A stretch of 64,000 nt of DNA from Acholeplasmatales bacterium (lineage in GTDB: Bacteria > Bacillota_I > Bacilli_A > Acholeplasmatales > Acholeplasmataceae), in NCBI GenBank assembly GCA_003249785.1, contig QKIB01000101.1, positions 2,970-66,969 of the forward strand. Direction: 5' to 3'. Below are positions 1 to 10,500 of the stretch, in pieces. Numbering within the stretch: position 1 is the first letter of the stretch; each line of letters starts with the position of its first letter. The notes below the pieces were generated by a model, which saw only the letters and a program-made list of their open reading frames with translations, was not told the origin of the DNA and searched no databases. The position numbers were made by a program, and so were the translations under genes.

Positions 1-983
1 GTCTTAGTAATCATCTTGGTTGCTCCAGCAAGCGCAGCAACCGTTGATGCCATTGAAATCAGACCGGTAGCCTTGGCTTCATCCTGAGGAAATCCTCCCA
101 TCCATTGATGGAAGACGGTAGTGACACACATATTTTCATATCGATACTTCTCTAGATATTCTTCAGTCAGTTCCTTAAGAACACGAATGGCTGCGATGTC
201 TTGGATGACATTGCCACATTGGCCATAACCAACTGTAATGTTTTTAACACCTTGTTCAGCTGCGAGAAGTGCTTCAATGATTCCGATGGCAATTGCGATA
301 GATGGTGGAACTAGGGTTCCAGTCAGTGGACCAAAAGGTTCACGATTAATAGAAATGCCATGATCCTCATAATATCCAACCAAGCGATCACAGTATTGCC
401 AGTAGTAAATGGAATCTGCAAGCGAGATATTTTTAGCATAAGGCAGATTATAAGATATACCGCCACCCTCATTGGAAGTCCAGCCAGCTGCGTGTGTGAT
501 TTCAGCAAGTAAACGACCGTCAGGCGTGCCATGTCTTGCCTGCATGGGGACATTCACAGCATCAAGGACTTGTTTACACGCTGCAACGCCATGATTGACT
601 GCTGGAAACCCGTTGAGTAATGATCTACCTTCGCGGATACTGACTTTAATGCCTTCTTCAGCCTCCTGATAACGGTTGTGACGTGTATAAGAATCAATAG
701 TCGCAGGTAAAAAATCAGCGCCAGCAGCTTCTAGATGTTGCATCAGTTCAATGTGTTCATTGATTAACGCAACACCAGCTCTGGGTTGAATGTAGGTGCG
801 ATTTTGTTTTTTTGCTTCCTTGAGCTTTAATGCAAAATTCTTGTGAGGTGGTACATTTCTTAAGGTCTCGATTGCCACATCGAGATCCAAAAGTGGATCG
901 TTTCCTGTTGGCCACGAAGAAAGAACTTCTTTTCTGACTTCTAGAAATTTCTCGAGTGGCCATTTTTTATTGACAACTTGCAT
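1..983 (-). CDS. glmE: Glutamate (methylaspartate) mutase epsilon subunit, partial (C-terminus runs off the left edge)
   Basis: Not in the ORF track. Manual translation from ATG at 983 (RBS AGGGAG upstream) gives [29 protein letters not shown]..., and the edge reads ...ATKMITKT. Both match GlmE/MamB; follows glmS-glmL. Confidence 0.93.
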   Translation of the reverse strand, partial: MQVVNKKWPLEKFLEVRKEVLSSWPTGNDPLLDLDVAIETLRNVPPHKNFALKLKEAKKQNRTYIQPRAGVALINEHIELMQHLEAAGADFLPATIDSYTRHNRYQEAEEGIKVSIREGRSLLNGFPAVNHGVAACKQVLDAVNVPMQARHGTPDGRLLAEITHAAGWTSNEGGGISYNLPYAKNISLADSIYYWQYCDRLVGYYEDHGISINREPFGPLTGTLVPPSIAIAIGIIEALLAAEQGVKNITVGYGQCGNVIQDIAAIRVLKELTEEYLEKYRYENMCVTTVFHQWMGGFPQDEAKATGLISMASTVAALAGATKMITK

Positions 984-994
984 GACTTTTCTCC

Positions 995-2380
995 CTATAT
1001 TTCAGTAATATGCTTTTTCATAATTTTAAGTGCAATTTCCGGATAATCCATACTTAAAAGACCCATCGCGGATAAGATATAATCTTTATCAAGAAGGAAT
1101 TTTGGTGAAACTGGTCTTAATTCCATCGCCTTACTTTCAATTTTGGTTGCTCTTTTCAGCATGGCAACAGGATCCTTACTGGAAATAACAACCCCACCAG
1201 TTCCAATGAAATAATTCGCTTTTGTCAAATCTTTTCCAACTTGGTAATACATGATGCCCATGGGTGTATAAACACCTTTGAGTGTACCAACATGTCTTGA
1301 AGTTGCTGCATCAATACATTTAGCTGCAATGATGTCATCGACAACGTAATCATGATCTGTTTCAGAAATGAAGTCGATTTCTTCATAACGAAGTGTACAT
1401 TCTTTGACTATGTCGATACCTTGTTTATTGTAGTGACTAATTTCAGAAGGACTCATAGAAGAAAGCACACCCATTGCCGAATAACGCATCCCTAGATCAC
1501 CTTCAACCGTACGTTTGGCAAAGGGTTCTTCAAGACCAGAAAGCAGTGCATTCATTTGCGTTGGTAATCCATCAGCCATTGAGTAGATGTCTGTAGTTGC
1601 CCCACCGACATCAGCAATCATCAGATCACCTAACCCCTCAATTCCATCAAATCCTTTGGATAGAAGTTCAGCAGCCATCAAAACTGCATTAGGTGTTGGC
1701 AGAACAACTCTATCGATTTCATTTTCTATTTTTTTGATGCCTTTTGCTTCAATGATGTTTTTGACAAAGATTTCTTTAATTTGGTCTTTTGCTGACGTAA
1801 TGTTCAAGACATTGAGTCTTGGCATGACATTTTCGCAAATATAAAAATCCTTTTTAGCTTGAGAAAGGATTTCTGTGATTTCATCGGCTGCATCTTTGTT
1901 GCCTGCAAAGACAATCGGTGCAGTGACTTCTGATTCAGCAAGTTTTTTTGCGTTGTGTATCACACATTCACTATTTCCACCGTTTGCACCACCTGCAAGT
2001 AGGACGATGTCGATTTTTTTATCTAATATGCTTTGTACTTCAGCATTGTTGATGTTGTGAGACAAAACAAGCTCAACCTTGGCACCAGCACCGAGGCAAA
2101 CTCTGGTTGCAGCTTCTGTGGTTAGTTCTTCAACCAAACCAATCGCAACCATTTTCAAGCCGCCAGCAGCAGAAGAGCAAGCGACGATCTGATCAAATTC
2201 AATTTTGGAACCGATTTTCTCAAAAAGACGATCAAGTGCGGTTTCATAGCCATCACTGATATTGGTATCTACGGTTGTAATGGCTTTAGATGTTGCAATG
2301 ATATCCTCTTTCTTCAAATCGACAGCTGTTAATTTCGTGAAAGTCGATCCAAAATCAACAAGCAAAATATTCTGCATCAT
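995..2380 (-). CDS. glmL: Glutamate mutase accessory/reactivating factor GlmL (clostridial 'MutL', actin-like ATPase)
   Basis: [31 protein letters not shown] and [11 protein letters not shown] motifs; located between mutase S and E genes. Confidence 0.92.
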   Translation of the reverse strand: MMQNILLVDFGSTFTKLTAVDLKKEDIIATSKAITTVDTNISDGYETALDRLFEKIGSKIEFDQIVACSSAAGGLKMVAIGLVEELTTEAATRVCLGAGAKVELVLSHNINNAEVQSILDKKIDIVLLAGGANGGNSECVIHNAKKLAESEVTAPIVFAGNKDAADEITEILSQAKKDFYICENVMPRLNVLNITSAKDQIKEIFVKNIIEAKGIKKIENEIDRVVLPTPNAVLMAAELLSKGFDGIEGLGDLMIADVGGATTDIYSMADGLPTQMNALLSGLEEPFAKRTVEGDLGMRYSAMGVLSSMSPSEISHYNKQGIDIVKECTLRYEEIDFISETDHDYVVDDIIAAKCIDAATSRHVGTLKGVYTPMGIMYYQVGKDLTKANYFIGTGGVVISSKDPVAMLKRATKIESKAMELRPVSPKFLLDKDYILSAMGLLSMDYPEIALKIMKKHITEI

Positions 2381-2784
2381 GCATCTCCTAAATCTTGCTT
2401 TATGGTTTCCAGGACATCATCGATGGTGACTCCTGGTGGATAGACACGATTGAATCCCATTTCTTTGAATCGTTTCTCGACTTCCGAGAAGTCTTGTTTA
2501 CCAACGACAATATTGCCCCCTACATAGAGTAATACATCATCGAGTCCTGCCTCATTGCATTTGTCTCGCATACCTCGACAATCGAGTTCTCCATGACCAT
2601 ATAAGGATGAGACTAAAATTAAACGAGCTGAAGTTTCAATCGCTGCATTGATAAAATCTTCTTGAGAGGATAATACTCCAACGTTGACGACATTATATCC
2701 TTCACGTGTGAGTGTATACTCAATGATTCTATTCCCTACAGCATGAACATCAGCTCCGATAACGCCTATGACAATTGATTTCAT
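2377..2784 (-). CDS. mamA: Glutamate mutase sigma (B12-binding) subunit (GlmS/MamA; not glucosamine synthase)
   Basis: GADVHAVG (DxHxxG), SSLYGHG and YVGGN motifs. Start moved to ATG 2784 (MKSIVIG), which has a GGAGG RBS. Confidence 0.93.
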   Translation of the reverse strand: MKSIVIGVIGADVHAVGNRIIEYTLTREGYNVVNVGVLSSQEDFINAAIETSARLILVSSLYGHGELDCRGMRDKCNEAGLDDVLLYVGGNIVVGKQDFSEVEKRFKEMGFNRVYPPGVTIDDVLETIKQDLGDA

Positions 2785-2896
2785 GTTTTCCTCCGGCCAA
2801 ATTGCTATAAAACGGTATTTTTTCAAAAAAAATAAAACGCTTACACACATTGTATTTTAATACAAAAATAAAAAAATTACAACAGGTTTGTTTGTT

Positions 2897-2924
2897 TTGC
2901 GTTTAAGATTTTTAATGTTATAAT
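2897..2924 (+). promoter_or_regulatory. Putative sigma70 promoter (TTGCGT-16-TATAAT with extended TG) for the hydratase operon
   Basis: TGtTATAAT at 2916-2924 in the divergent intergenic region. Confidence 0.5.
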
Positions 2925-2932
2925 GTCATTGG

Positions 2933-3781
2933 GTGAAAACTATGCGAAATGTGGATGTAAAACAGGGAACAGAAGGTGTCAAAGCGTTAGCTTTGGACGC
3001 CAATTGCAACATTGGAAAATCCTTTCTTGATGAGCTTAGAGAAGCGATCGAAAGAGAAAAATCCGATATTGGGAAAAATGTTTTAGGACAAATTATCGAA
3101 AATGATGAGATTGCGATGGAAAATCATGAACCGATGTGCCAAGATACAGGCATGGTCGTGGTTTTTTTGGAGATTGGCTATGATGTTCATTTCAATGGCG
3201 ATATTTATGATGCCGTCAACGAAGGTGTCAGACAAGCCTATCAAGAAGGCATGCTTCGCAAATCAGTTGTTTCACACCCGATTCTAAGAAAAAATACGAA
3301 CGATAATACACCTGCTGTCATTCATGTCAAACTGGTACAAGGAGATCAAATTAAGATCACGCTTGCACCTAAAGGTGGTGGTAGCGAAAATATGAGTCTT
3401 GTCAAGATGCTGATTCCATCAGATGGCATTGAAGGCATCAAGAAATTGGTGTTGCACACCATTTTCTATGCAGGCGGAAAGCCATGTCCACCGCTTGTTG
3501 TTGGTATTGGTCTTGGTGGGAATCTTGAGGAATCTGCATTGATTGCTAAAGCAGCATTAATGAGAGATTTAAATGATGTCAATCCGGATCCAGTCCTTGC
3601 TCAGTTAGAAAAAGAATTATTGGATGAAATCAATCTTTTAGGTGTAGGTCCAATGGGATTTGGAGGATCTACAACCGCTTTGTCCGTCAAGATTAATGCA
3701 TATCCATGTCATATTGCTTCATTGCCTGTTGCCATCAATCTCCAGTGTCATGCATCGAGACATAAATCAATGGTCATTTAG
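2933..3781 (+). CDS. Fe-S hydro-lyase (class I fumarate/tartrate hydratase family) alpha subunit
   Basis: PMCQDTG, KGGGSEN, GGKPCPP and CHIASLPVAINLQCHASRH motifs; the ATG at 2942 may be the true start. Confidence 0.92.
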   Translation: MKTMRNVDVKQGTEGVKALALDANCNIGKSFLDELREAIEREKSDIGKNVLGQIIENDEIAMENHEPMCQDTGMVVVFLEIGYDVHFNGDIYDAVNEGVRQAYQEGMLRKSVVSHPILRKNTNDNTPAVIHVKLVQGDQIKITLAPKGGGSENMSLVKMLIPSDGIEGIKKLVLHTIFYAGGKPCPPLVVGIGLGGNLEESALIAKAALMRDLNDVNPDPVLAQLEKELLDEINLLGVGPMGFGGSTTALSVKINAYPCHIASLPVAINLQCHASRHKSMVI

Positions 3782-3792
3782 GAGGATAGAAG

Positions 3793-4350
3793 ATGAAAAT
3801 ACATACACCGATTACTGAACAAGATATCGCCATGATGAAAGCTGGAGAAATCGTCTATTTGTCAGGGACCCTTTTTACTGGTAGAGATGCCGCACATAAA
3901 AAGATGGTCGAAGCACTCAATCGTGGTGAAAAACTACCGATTGATTTTCATGGTCAAGCGATTTATTATACCGGTCCAACACCAGCTAAAGCAGGTAGAC
4001 CCATTGGATCCTGTGGACCAACCTCAAGTTACAGAATGGACGCTTATAGTACACCACTTATGAAAGAAGGACTCAAGGTCATGATTGGAAAAGGTGATCG
4101 AAGCGATGCCTTTATTCAAGATATGATGAAAGAAAAAGCAGTTTATTTACAAGCTGTCGGTGGTGCTGGTGCATTGCTTTCTAGAAAAGTGATCAAAAGT
4201 GTGGTCATCCTTTATCCAGAATTGGGACCAGAAGCTATTCATAAACTGGAAGTTAAAGATTTTCCAGCGATTGTAACCTATGATATTCATGGTGGTAATC
4301 TGATAACTGACGAAGTCAGAAAATATCACAAAATCCAAATCGATGAATAA
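3793..4350 (+). CDS. Fe-S hydro-lyase (class I fumarate/tartrate hydratase family) beta subunit
   Basis: TGRDAAHK, GPTSSYRMD, MIGKG and ELGPEAI motifs. Confidence 0.92.
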   Translation: MKIHTPITEQDIAMMKAGEIVYLSGTLFTGRDAAHKKMVEALNRGEKLPIDFHGQAIYYTGPTPAKAGRPIGSCGPTSSYRMDAYSTPLMKEGLKVMIGKGDRSDAFIQDMMKEKAVYLQAVGGAGALLSRKVIKSVVILYPELGPEAIHKLEVKDFPAIVTYDIHGGNLITDEVRKYHKIQIDE

Positions 4351-4363
4351 GTGAAGGGACAAC

Positions 4364-4903
4364 ATGAAAGAACAAACAAAACAGAGTAAGAAAATTTATG
4401 AATGCTCTTTTATGACACTCTATGAAGATGAAGTTGTTTTGCCAAATCAGAAAATAAGTCAGAGAGTTTATATCAAGCATCCTGGAGCAGCAGCCATCTT
4501 GCCAATCACCAAAGAAGGACAAATCATTCTCATTAAACAGTACAGATATCCACTTGGTATGGAAAGTCTTGAAATACCTGCAGGTAAAAAGGAAGACATC
4601 CATGAGGATAGTACGTATTTTGCGCATAGAGAGCTAGAAGAAGAAACAGGGTATGTCTCCGATGACATGACCTTTTTTCAACGCATGTATCCATGTGTAG
4701 GCTACTCTGATGAATATATCGATTTGTTTATAGCAAAAAACTGTGTGAAGAAAGATCATCCTAAAGCGATGGATGATGATGAAAACATTGAACCATTATT
4801 TTTAACAAAAGATGAAGTGAAAACAATGATTGAAATGCATCAGATCAAAGATGGAAAAACATTGATTATGCTTCATGCTTATCTATTGGCGGAAAAATCA
4901 TGA
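4364..4903 (+). CDS. nudF: NUDIX hydrolase, ADP-ribose pyrophosphatase type
   Basis: KHPGAAAIL, QYRYP and EIPAG...AHRELEEETGY Nudix box. Confidence 0.8.
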   Translation: MKEQTKQSKKIYECSFMTLYEDEVVLPNQKISQRVYIKHPGAAAILPITKEGQIILIKQYRYPLGMESLEIPAGKKEDIHEDSTYFAHRELEEETGYVSDDMTFFQRMYPCVGYSDEYIDLFIAKNCVKKDHPKAMDDDENIEPLFLTKDEVKTMIEMHQIKDGKTLIMLHAYLLAEKS

Positions 4904-6048
4904 AAAAGACTAGAATCGATCACCAACAAGATTTGATCATGAACTTAATCAGACCACTTGTCCGTTTATGGATGCGTAAAGATGCCAAGCGTCGGGTTAC
5001 ACTGCATGATGGACTCAGTTTCAAGCGAAAAGAGCCTTATATTATGCTTGCAAACCATACTTTTCTTTTCGATGTCATTCACGTCCCCTTGAGATTCAAG
5101 AACGTACCTTTCATCGTTGCCTCACAGACATTATTCAAAAAACAGCCCACAAAATTCTTAGTAACACAGGTCGCTCACGTCATTCCTAAATCTAAAGGAT
5201 CCAGTGATTCAACAACTGTAAGAGAACTGATTACTGCGGTTAAAAAAGGATATCCGATCTTAATCTTCCCTGAGGGAGATACGACCTTTTATGGTCAAAC
5301 CAATTATATCGAAACTTCAACAATGAAGCTGATTAAAAAACTAGGCATAGATGTTGTAACTTGTCATGTAAAAGGCGGGTATTTGTCTAAGCCAAGATGG
5401 GCTACTGGTAAACGCAGAAGACGACAGATTGCACTTGATTATCGAATCACGATTCCAAAAGAACAAATCATAGATTTGAGTCTTGATGAAATCAATCAAA
5501 AAGTGGTTCATGCACTCTATCATAATGACTATGAATATCAGCGTGAAGTCATGATTCCACATCCTGGAAAGCATCTTGCTGAAGGCATTGAAAATGTCGT
5601 TTATGTCTGCCCACATTGTCAAGCAATTAACTCAATTGAATCCGATGGTAATCACATCAGATGCAATGCCTGTAAGCATGAAGGATTCATCGATACCTAT
5701 GGATTCATTCAAAACTTCAAATTTGATAACTTGATCGACTGGAATACTTATCAAAAACAGTTTTCCAGTCAACTACGAGCATCGAAGATCGAATCTTCAG
5801 GATTCATGAATTATATGAGTTTGGTCGATGATCTATTAGAACCTGTTGGACAGGTGAACATTGTTTATGAAAACAAAACATTCACTTTTTCAGGCGCTTT
5901 GGATCTAGAGATTTCTGTTGATGAAATTGAAAACGCAACGATTACCTTAAGAAGAGATTTTGGATTCTATTGGAATCAGAAACATTATCTGATTAAATTG
6001 GATAAATTTGGAGCATCTCTCTTGAGAATTGTACAAGATAAATATTAA
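4900..6048 (+). CDS. PlsC-like acyltransferase with C-terminal CxxC...CxxC zinc-ribbon extension
   Basis: NHTFLFD (HxxxxD), IFPEG, KPRW; CPHC...CNAC. Confidence 0.78.
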   Translation: MKKTRIDHQQDLIMNLIRPLVRLWMRKDAKRRVTLHDGLSFKRKEPYIMLANHTFLFDVIHVPLRFKNVPFIVASQTLFKKQPTKFLVTQVAHVIPKSKGSSDSTTVRELITAVKKGYPILIFPEGDTTFYGQTNYIETSTMKLIKKLGIDVVTCHVKGGYLSKPRWATGKRRRRQIALDYRITIPKEQIIDLSLDEINQKVVHALYHNDYEYQREVMIPHPGKHLAEGIENVVYVCPHCQAINSIESDGNHIRCNACKHEGFIDTYGFIQNFKFDNLIDWNTYQKQFSSQLRASKIESSGFMNYMSLVDDLLEPVGQVNIVYENKTFTFSGALDLEISVDEIENATITLRRDFGFYWNQKHYLIKLDKFGASLLRIVQDKY

Positions 6049-6134
6049 TTTTAGAATAAACATGCAAAGAACCCTAAAAAGGTTTATAATAGGATTAAAG
6101 AAACGATTAATTAAATCATAAGGAGAGCATTAAA

Positions 6135-7172
6135 ATGGAAATGATGGCAGTCATTAAAGCAGCAAGAGAACCTGGAGCAACCATCGTCAAGAAACCAATT
6201 CCTGACGACTTGGGACCAAACGAGGTGTTAATCAAAGTATTAGCAACCTCAATTTGTGGTACGGACGTACATATTTATAAATGGGACAAATGGAGTCAAG
6301 GGAGAATCAAACCTCCACTAACCACCGGACATGAATTCAGTGGAGAAGTCATTAAACTCGGTAGTCATGTCAAGAAGGTCAACATAGGGGATATCGTTTC
6401 AGCTGAAACACATATCGTCTGTCATGAATGTGAATTTTGTAGAAGAGGAGAATATCATATCTGTAAAAACACAAAAATTATTGGTGTGGATACGGATGGT
6501 TGTTTTGCAGAATATGCAAAAATGCCCGAAGAAAATCTGATTATCAATCATGCACCGATTGATCCAAAGTACTTGTCAATTCAAGAACCGCTTGGTAATG
6601 CAGTTCATACGATGCTTCATTTCAAGATTACAGGGAAAACGGTAGCTGTAGTTGGATGTGGTCCAATTGGTTTGATGGGTGTCAATATTGCAAAAGTTGT
6701 TGGTGCGAAGAAAATTATCGCGATTGAAGTCAATGAATACCGAATTAATCTTGCCAAAGAACTCGGCGCTGATGTCGTCATCAATCCACTGAAGGAAAAT
6801 GTGATTGAACGCGTCATGGAAGAAACAGATGGCATGGGGGTTGATGTCGTCACTGAATTTTCTGGAAATAAGCAAGCGATTGAAGATGCATTTAAATACG
6901 TCAAACCTGGTGGAAAAATGTCCATGCTTGGAATCACACCTGATATGATCACCATCGATCTATCCAATGATGTCGTTTTCAAGGGCATCACGATTTATGG
7001 TGTTGTTGGACGCATTTTATTTGATACATGGCATCAAGTGACAGGTTTGGTTGAATCTGGTAAACTAGATCTAGATAAAATTATTACCCATACATTCCGT
7101 CTTTCTGAAATAGACAAGGGGATGGAAGTCATGATGTCAGGCAATAGTGGAAAGGTTGTCCTGATTCCATAA
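6135..7172 (+). CDS. tdh: L-threonine 3-dehydrogenase
   Basis: [16 protein letters not shown], structural Zn cysteines, GCGPIG; adjacent to kbl. Confidence 0.95.
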   Translation: MEMMAVIKAAREPGATIVKKPIPDDLGPNEVLIKVLATSICGTDVHIYKWDKWSQGRIKPPLTTGHEFSGEVIKLGSHVKKVNIGDIVSAETHIVCHECEFCRRGEYHICKNTKIIGVDTDGCFAEYAKMPEENLIINHAPIDPKYLSIQEPLGNAVHTMLHFKITGKTVAVVGCGPIGLMGVNIAKVVGAKKIIAIEVNEYRINLAKELGADVVINPLKENVIERVMEETDGMGVDVVTEFSGNKQAIEDAFKYVKPGGKMSMLGITPDMITIDLSNDVVFKGITIYGVVGRILFDTWHQVTGLVESGKLDLDKIITHTFRLSEIDKGMEVMMSGNSGKVVLIP

Positions 7173-7185
7173 GAAGGAGGGAATT

Positions 7186-8367
7186 ATGTCTTATTTATTA
7201 CTTAAAGTCAATGAACTAAAATCGGATGGGGTTTTTCGAAAACTTCCAATTAATGATGGTCCATGTGACGCAATTATCAAGTTGAACGGGAAACCGGTTA
7301 TCAACCTATCATCGAATAATTACTTAGGGTTTGCAAATCATCCCAGAATCAAAAAAGCAGCAAAAGATGCCATTGATCAATTCGGCGTTGGTGCAGGTGC
7401 AGTACGTACCATTGTTGGGAACATGACGATTCATGAAGAACTTGACCGTCTGATTGCACGCTTCAAGCGTGAAGATGCAGCTGTGGTCTTTCAATCTGGG
7501 TTTGCAACCAATGCTGGTGTGATCCAAGCAATCACGGATGAACATGATTTAATCATCTCGGATGAGTTAAATCACGCATCAATTATTGATGGGGTACGCT
7601 TATCTAAGGCAAGCAGAGCTGTTTATAAACATAGTGATATGAGCAGTCTAGAAACTGTACTCAAAGAAAGACGTGATCAATATCACAATGTCTTAATTAT
7701 TACTGATGGTGTCTTCTCGATGGATGGAGATATCGCAAAACTTCCTGAAATTGTTAAATTAGCTAAAAAATACAAAGCATTAACGTATGTGGATGATGCA
7801 CATGGCTCTGGTGTCTTAGGAAGATCCGGACGTGGAACAGTCGACCACTTTGGTCTTCACGGACAAGTCGACTTCATTGTAGGCACATTATCCAAAGCAA
7901 TTGGTGTGGTTGGCGGCTATGTTGCCGGTTCACTTGCGATGCGTGATTGGTTGTTGCATCGTGGCAGACCTTTATTATTTTCAACTGCCATGCAGCCCTC
8001 AGCAGTTGCAGCTATTATCGAGGCTTTCCATATGCTTGAAGAATCGACTGAATATACCGATAGACTCTGGGATAATGCCAGATATTTCAAAAAGTTACTT
8101 GTCGAACATGGATTTGACATCGGTCACAGCGAAACACCCATTACACCAATCATGATTGGTGAAGAAAATCTGACTATGGAGTTTTCCAAGGCTTTGCTTA
8201 AGAATGGTGTCTATGTCTCAGGTATTGTTTATCCGACTGTTCCTAAAGGAAAGGGACGCATTCGTTGTATGGTTTCAGCACTCCACAGCAAAGATCAACT
8301 GGATAAAGCAGTTGAAGTCATTTACAAAACTGCAAATAAAATGGATTTATTGCCTAGTGAAGACTAG
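7186..8367 (+). CDS. kbl: Glycine C-acetyltransferase (2-amino-3-ketobutyrate CoA ligase)
   Basis: [23 protein letters not shown] and GTLSKA (PLP lysine); paired with tdh. Confidence 0.92.
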   Translation: MSYLLLKVNELKSDGVFRKLPINDGPCDAIIKLNGKPVINLSSNNYLGFANHPRIKKAAKDAIDQFGVGAGAVRTIVGNMTIHEELDRLIARFKREDAAVVFQSGFATNAGVIQAITDEHDLIISDELNHASIIDGVRLSKASRAVYKHSDMSSLETVLKERRDQYHNVLIITDGVFSMDGDIAKLPEIVKLAKKYKALTYVDDAHGSGVLGRSGRGTVDHFGLHGQVDFIVGTLSKAIGVVGGYVAGSLAMRDWLLHRGRPLLFSTAMQPSAVAAIIEAFHMLEESTEYTDRLWDNARYFKKLLVEHGFDIGHSETPITPIMIGEENLTMEFSKALLKNGVYVSGIVYPTVPKGKGRIRCMVSALHSKDQLDKAVEVIYKTANKMDLLPSED

Positions 8368-8375
8368 GCTTTTTT
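8352..8375 (+). terminator. Intrinsic terminator overlapping the kbl stop
   Basis: GCCTAGT-gaag-ACTAGGC followed by a T-run. Confidence 0.8.
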
Positions 8376-8469
8376 CTTGATTTAAGAAACTCTTAAGAAA
8401 TAAATTGCTATAAGGATAAGCCAACATCCAGTGCGTGTGATAAAATAAGGGTATTAGGAAAGGAAGGAT

Positions 8470-10500
8470 ATGATGACGACTCCAAGCTCTCCAAAGCCCG
8501 ATTGGAATCATGTGATTCATTTAGGTCCACTGATTGTGGATAGTAGACATGCACATAATAGTTATCTTTTCAGATATAACAACCTGAATATTCTTTTTGA
8601 CCTACCTCCGGTTCAAATTCTTGATCTACTTCTCATATCGATTAGAAAAGAAATGGAAATTTCTGAGATCACACACCTTGTTATTCAAAGCATGACAATG
8701 TCATCCATCAATGTGATCATTGAACTTATCGATGAAGGATTTAAAGGTGAAATCATCACCAATGAATATTTCTCACGACAAATAAGAAATGCAGGACTTC
8801 CTGTCTCGATTCACACCATTGAAGCCATGAATTTCAAACTGATGGATCGTAACGAAATGATCTTGAAGTTTGTGCCGATGGTTTTTTTGCCATATCCTGA
8901 AATGTTCATGTCTTATGCACCATCCTTATTTGCACTTTTCTCATCAACGTTGTTTAGTAGCTTTTATAATCAACAGATTTCACCAAGCTTGGATCATTTA
9001 CAAAAATCGATGTTCGCATACCACAAATACATGATGCCAAGTAGTCTTTACATCCAACCACCATTAAGAAAAATCAATGTACTTGATGTTAGACAGGCTT
9101 ATCCACTTATGGGATATTTGATCTCAAAACAAATCTTTCCTGCAATTTATGCTTATGAAAAGGCATTGGATTTCTATAATAATTATCAAGTGTTCACTTA
9201 TAGTGAATCGGGAGAAAAGGTAGTGAACTATAAAGAAATCATTAATCATATGCTTAATCAGCTCCAAAAATCAGTATCGCGTATAGAAATACTCAATGCG
9301 TTTATCGGGACACCATTTTCACTTCAATCAGATCCAATTATGCTTAAGAACTCGACACTAGAAGATTATAAGATGTGGCATGGATTTTTTGAACATGTCT
9401 TCATTCAAAGAGGCATTGCATGGATTGCTATGCTCGAACCTTTGGTAAATCGTTATCATGAGCAGTATGGCATTGAATTACCAACGGTTTATCGCTCACG
9501 ATTTATTGAAATGTCTCTTCATTCAGATCAACTCAGCAAATCGAATCAAGATTTAGAAAAACAGATTGCTGAACTAAATGCAGAAATTGAAGAAACCAAA
9601 GACTCAATTATGAGATGTCCAATCACTAGATTATATAACGAAGATTTTTTCCGAGAACTTTTGAAAAAAGATCTTGAACATCATAGCACACCTGATTACA
9701 CCATGGGTTTCATACTTGTACAATTAGATCAACTCAATGATATCAATACACGATATGGTAAGGAAACGGGAAATGAAGCGATTAGAAACATGGCATATCA
9801 ATTGCAACATATCGATCATCAAGGTGCTCTTTTCTTCAAAGAAAATGGACCAGGTATATATATCTACAAAGAAAAAACCACAGCGAAGCAACTTGAGATA
9901 TTGGCAGTTAAAGCACGTTCAGCAATCAATGAATCGCATTTGTTCATTGAAGATGTAACAGCATCTGTTAGTGTAGTTTCTTTTAATGAAATTGATGGAA
10001 AACAAGAAATAAATGAACAAATAAGAGATATTTTCACCCTTCTACATAAGCGAATCAATATTGCAAAGAAAAAGGGAGCAAATCTAATTATTGATCAGCA
10101 ATTTGAATTACCGAAAAGTTCTGAAGGCGTTATTTTGTTAATTGATGAAGATGAAGTCAATTTGAATATGTTGAATCGTATCTTCAAGAGAGTAGGTTTC
10201 GATGTTCGTATGGCGAAAGGTGTCGACATTGCAAAGCAGATTCTTAATGAAGAACAAGTAGATATTATTATTTCTGAAATCAATTTATCTAAAATGGATG
10301 GTTTCTCGTTCAAGCAAATGCTTAATGAAAGTAGAGACTATTCAGAAATTCCGTTCATCATGGTTTCACATAATAAGACATTAGAAAACATCAAACGTGG
10401 CAATACACACCATGTTAACTTAATTCTAGAAAAACCAATCGTGCCTGAAGAACTCATTGGACACGTACAGCGATTCCGCGAATGGAAGAAGCGCCTATGA
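8470..10500 (+). CDS. Multidomain signalling protein: degenerate MBL-fold/ODP-like domain, coiled coil, degenerate GGDEF and atypical REC
   Basis: N-terminal spacing resembles ODP/flavodiiron fold (HNSYL, FLPYPEMFMSY, LFSSTLFS, YHKYMMPS). CPITRLYN and QLDQLNDINTRYGKETGNEAI mark the GGDEF; ILLIDEDE...IIISEINLSKMDG marks the REC. Confidence 0.7.
   Translation: MMTTPSSPKPDWNHVIHLGPLIVDSRHAHNSYLFRYNNLNILFDLPPVQILDLLLISIRKEMEISEITHLVIQSMTMSSINVIIELIDEGFKGEIITNEYFSRQIRNAGLPVSIHTIEAMNFKLMDRNEMILKFVPMVFLPYPEMFMSYAPSLFALFSSTLFSSFYNQQISPSLDHLQKSMFAYHKYMMPSSLYIQPPLRKINVLDVRQAYPLMGYLISKQIFPAIYAYEKALDFYNNYQVFTYSESGEKVVNYKEIINHMLNQLQKSVSRIEILNAFIGTPFSLQSDPIMLKNSTLEDYKMWHGFFEHVFIQRGIAWIAMLEPLVNRYHEQYGIELPTVYRSRFIEMSLHSDQLSKSNQDLEKQIAELNAEIEETKDSIMRCPITRLYNEDFFRELLKKDLEHHSTPDYTMGFILVQLDQLNDINTRYGKETGNEAIRNMAYQLQHIDHQGALFFKENGPGIYIYKEKTTAKQLEILAVKARSAINESHLFIEDVTASVSVVSFNEIDGKQEINEQIRDIFTLLHKRINIAKKKGANLIIDQQFELPKSSEGVILLIDEDEVNLNMLNRIFKRVGFDVRMAKGVDIAKQILNEEQVDIIISEINLSKMDGFSFKQMLNESRDYSEIPFIMVSHNKTLENIKRGNTHHVNLILEKPIVPEELIGHVQRFREWKKRL

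Noticed and set aside
323-963. Short ORFs 323..553 and 757..963 on the minus strand
   Set aside because: Alternative-frame shadows inside glmE, which the ORF track missed because it runs off the window edge.
995-2784. 'MutL/MutS' or 'GlmS' read as mismatch repair or glucosamine synthase (with a glmS ribozyme)
   Set aside because: Name clash only; the motifs are those of glutamate mutase components.
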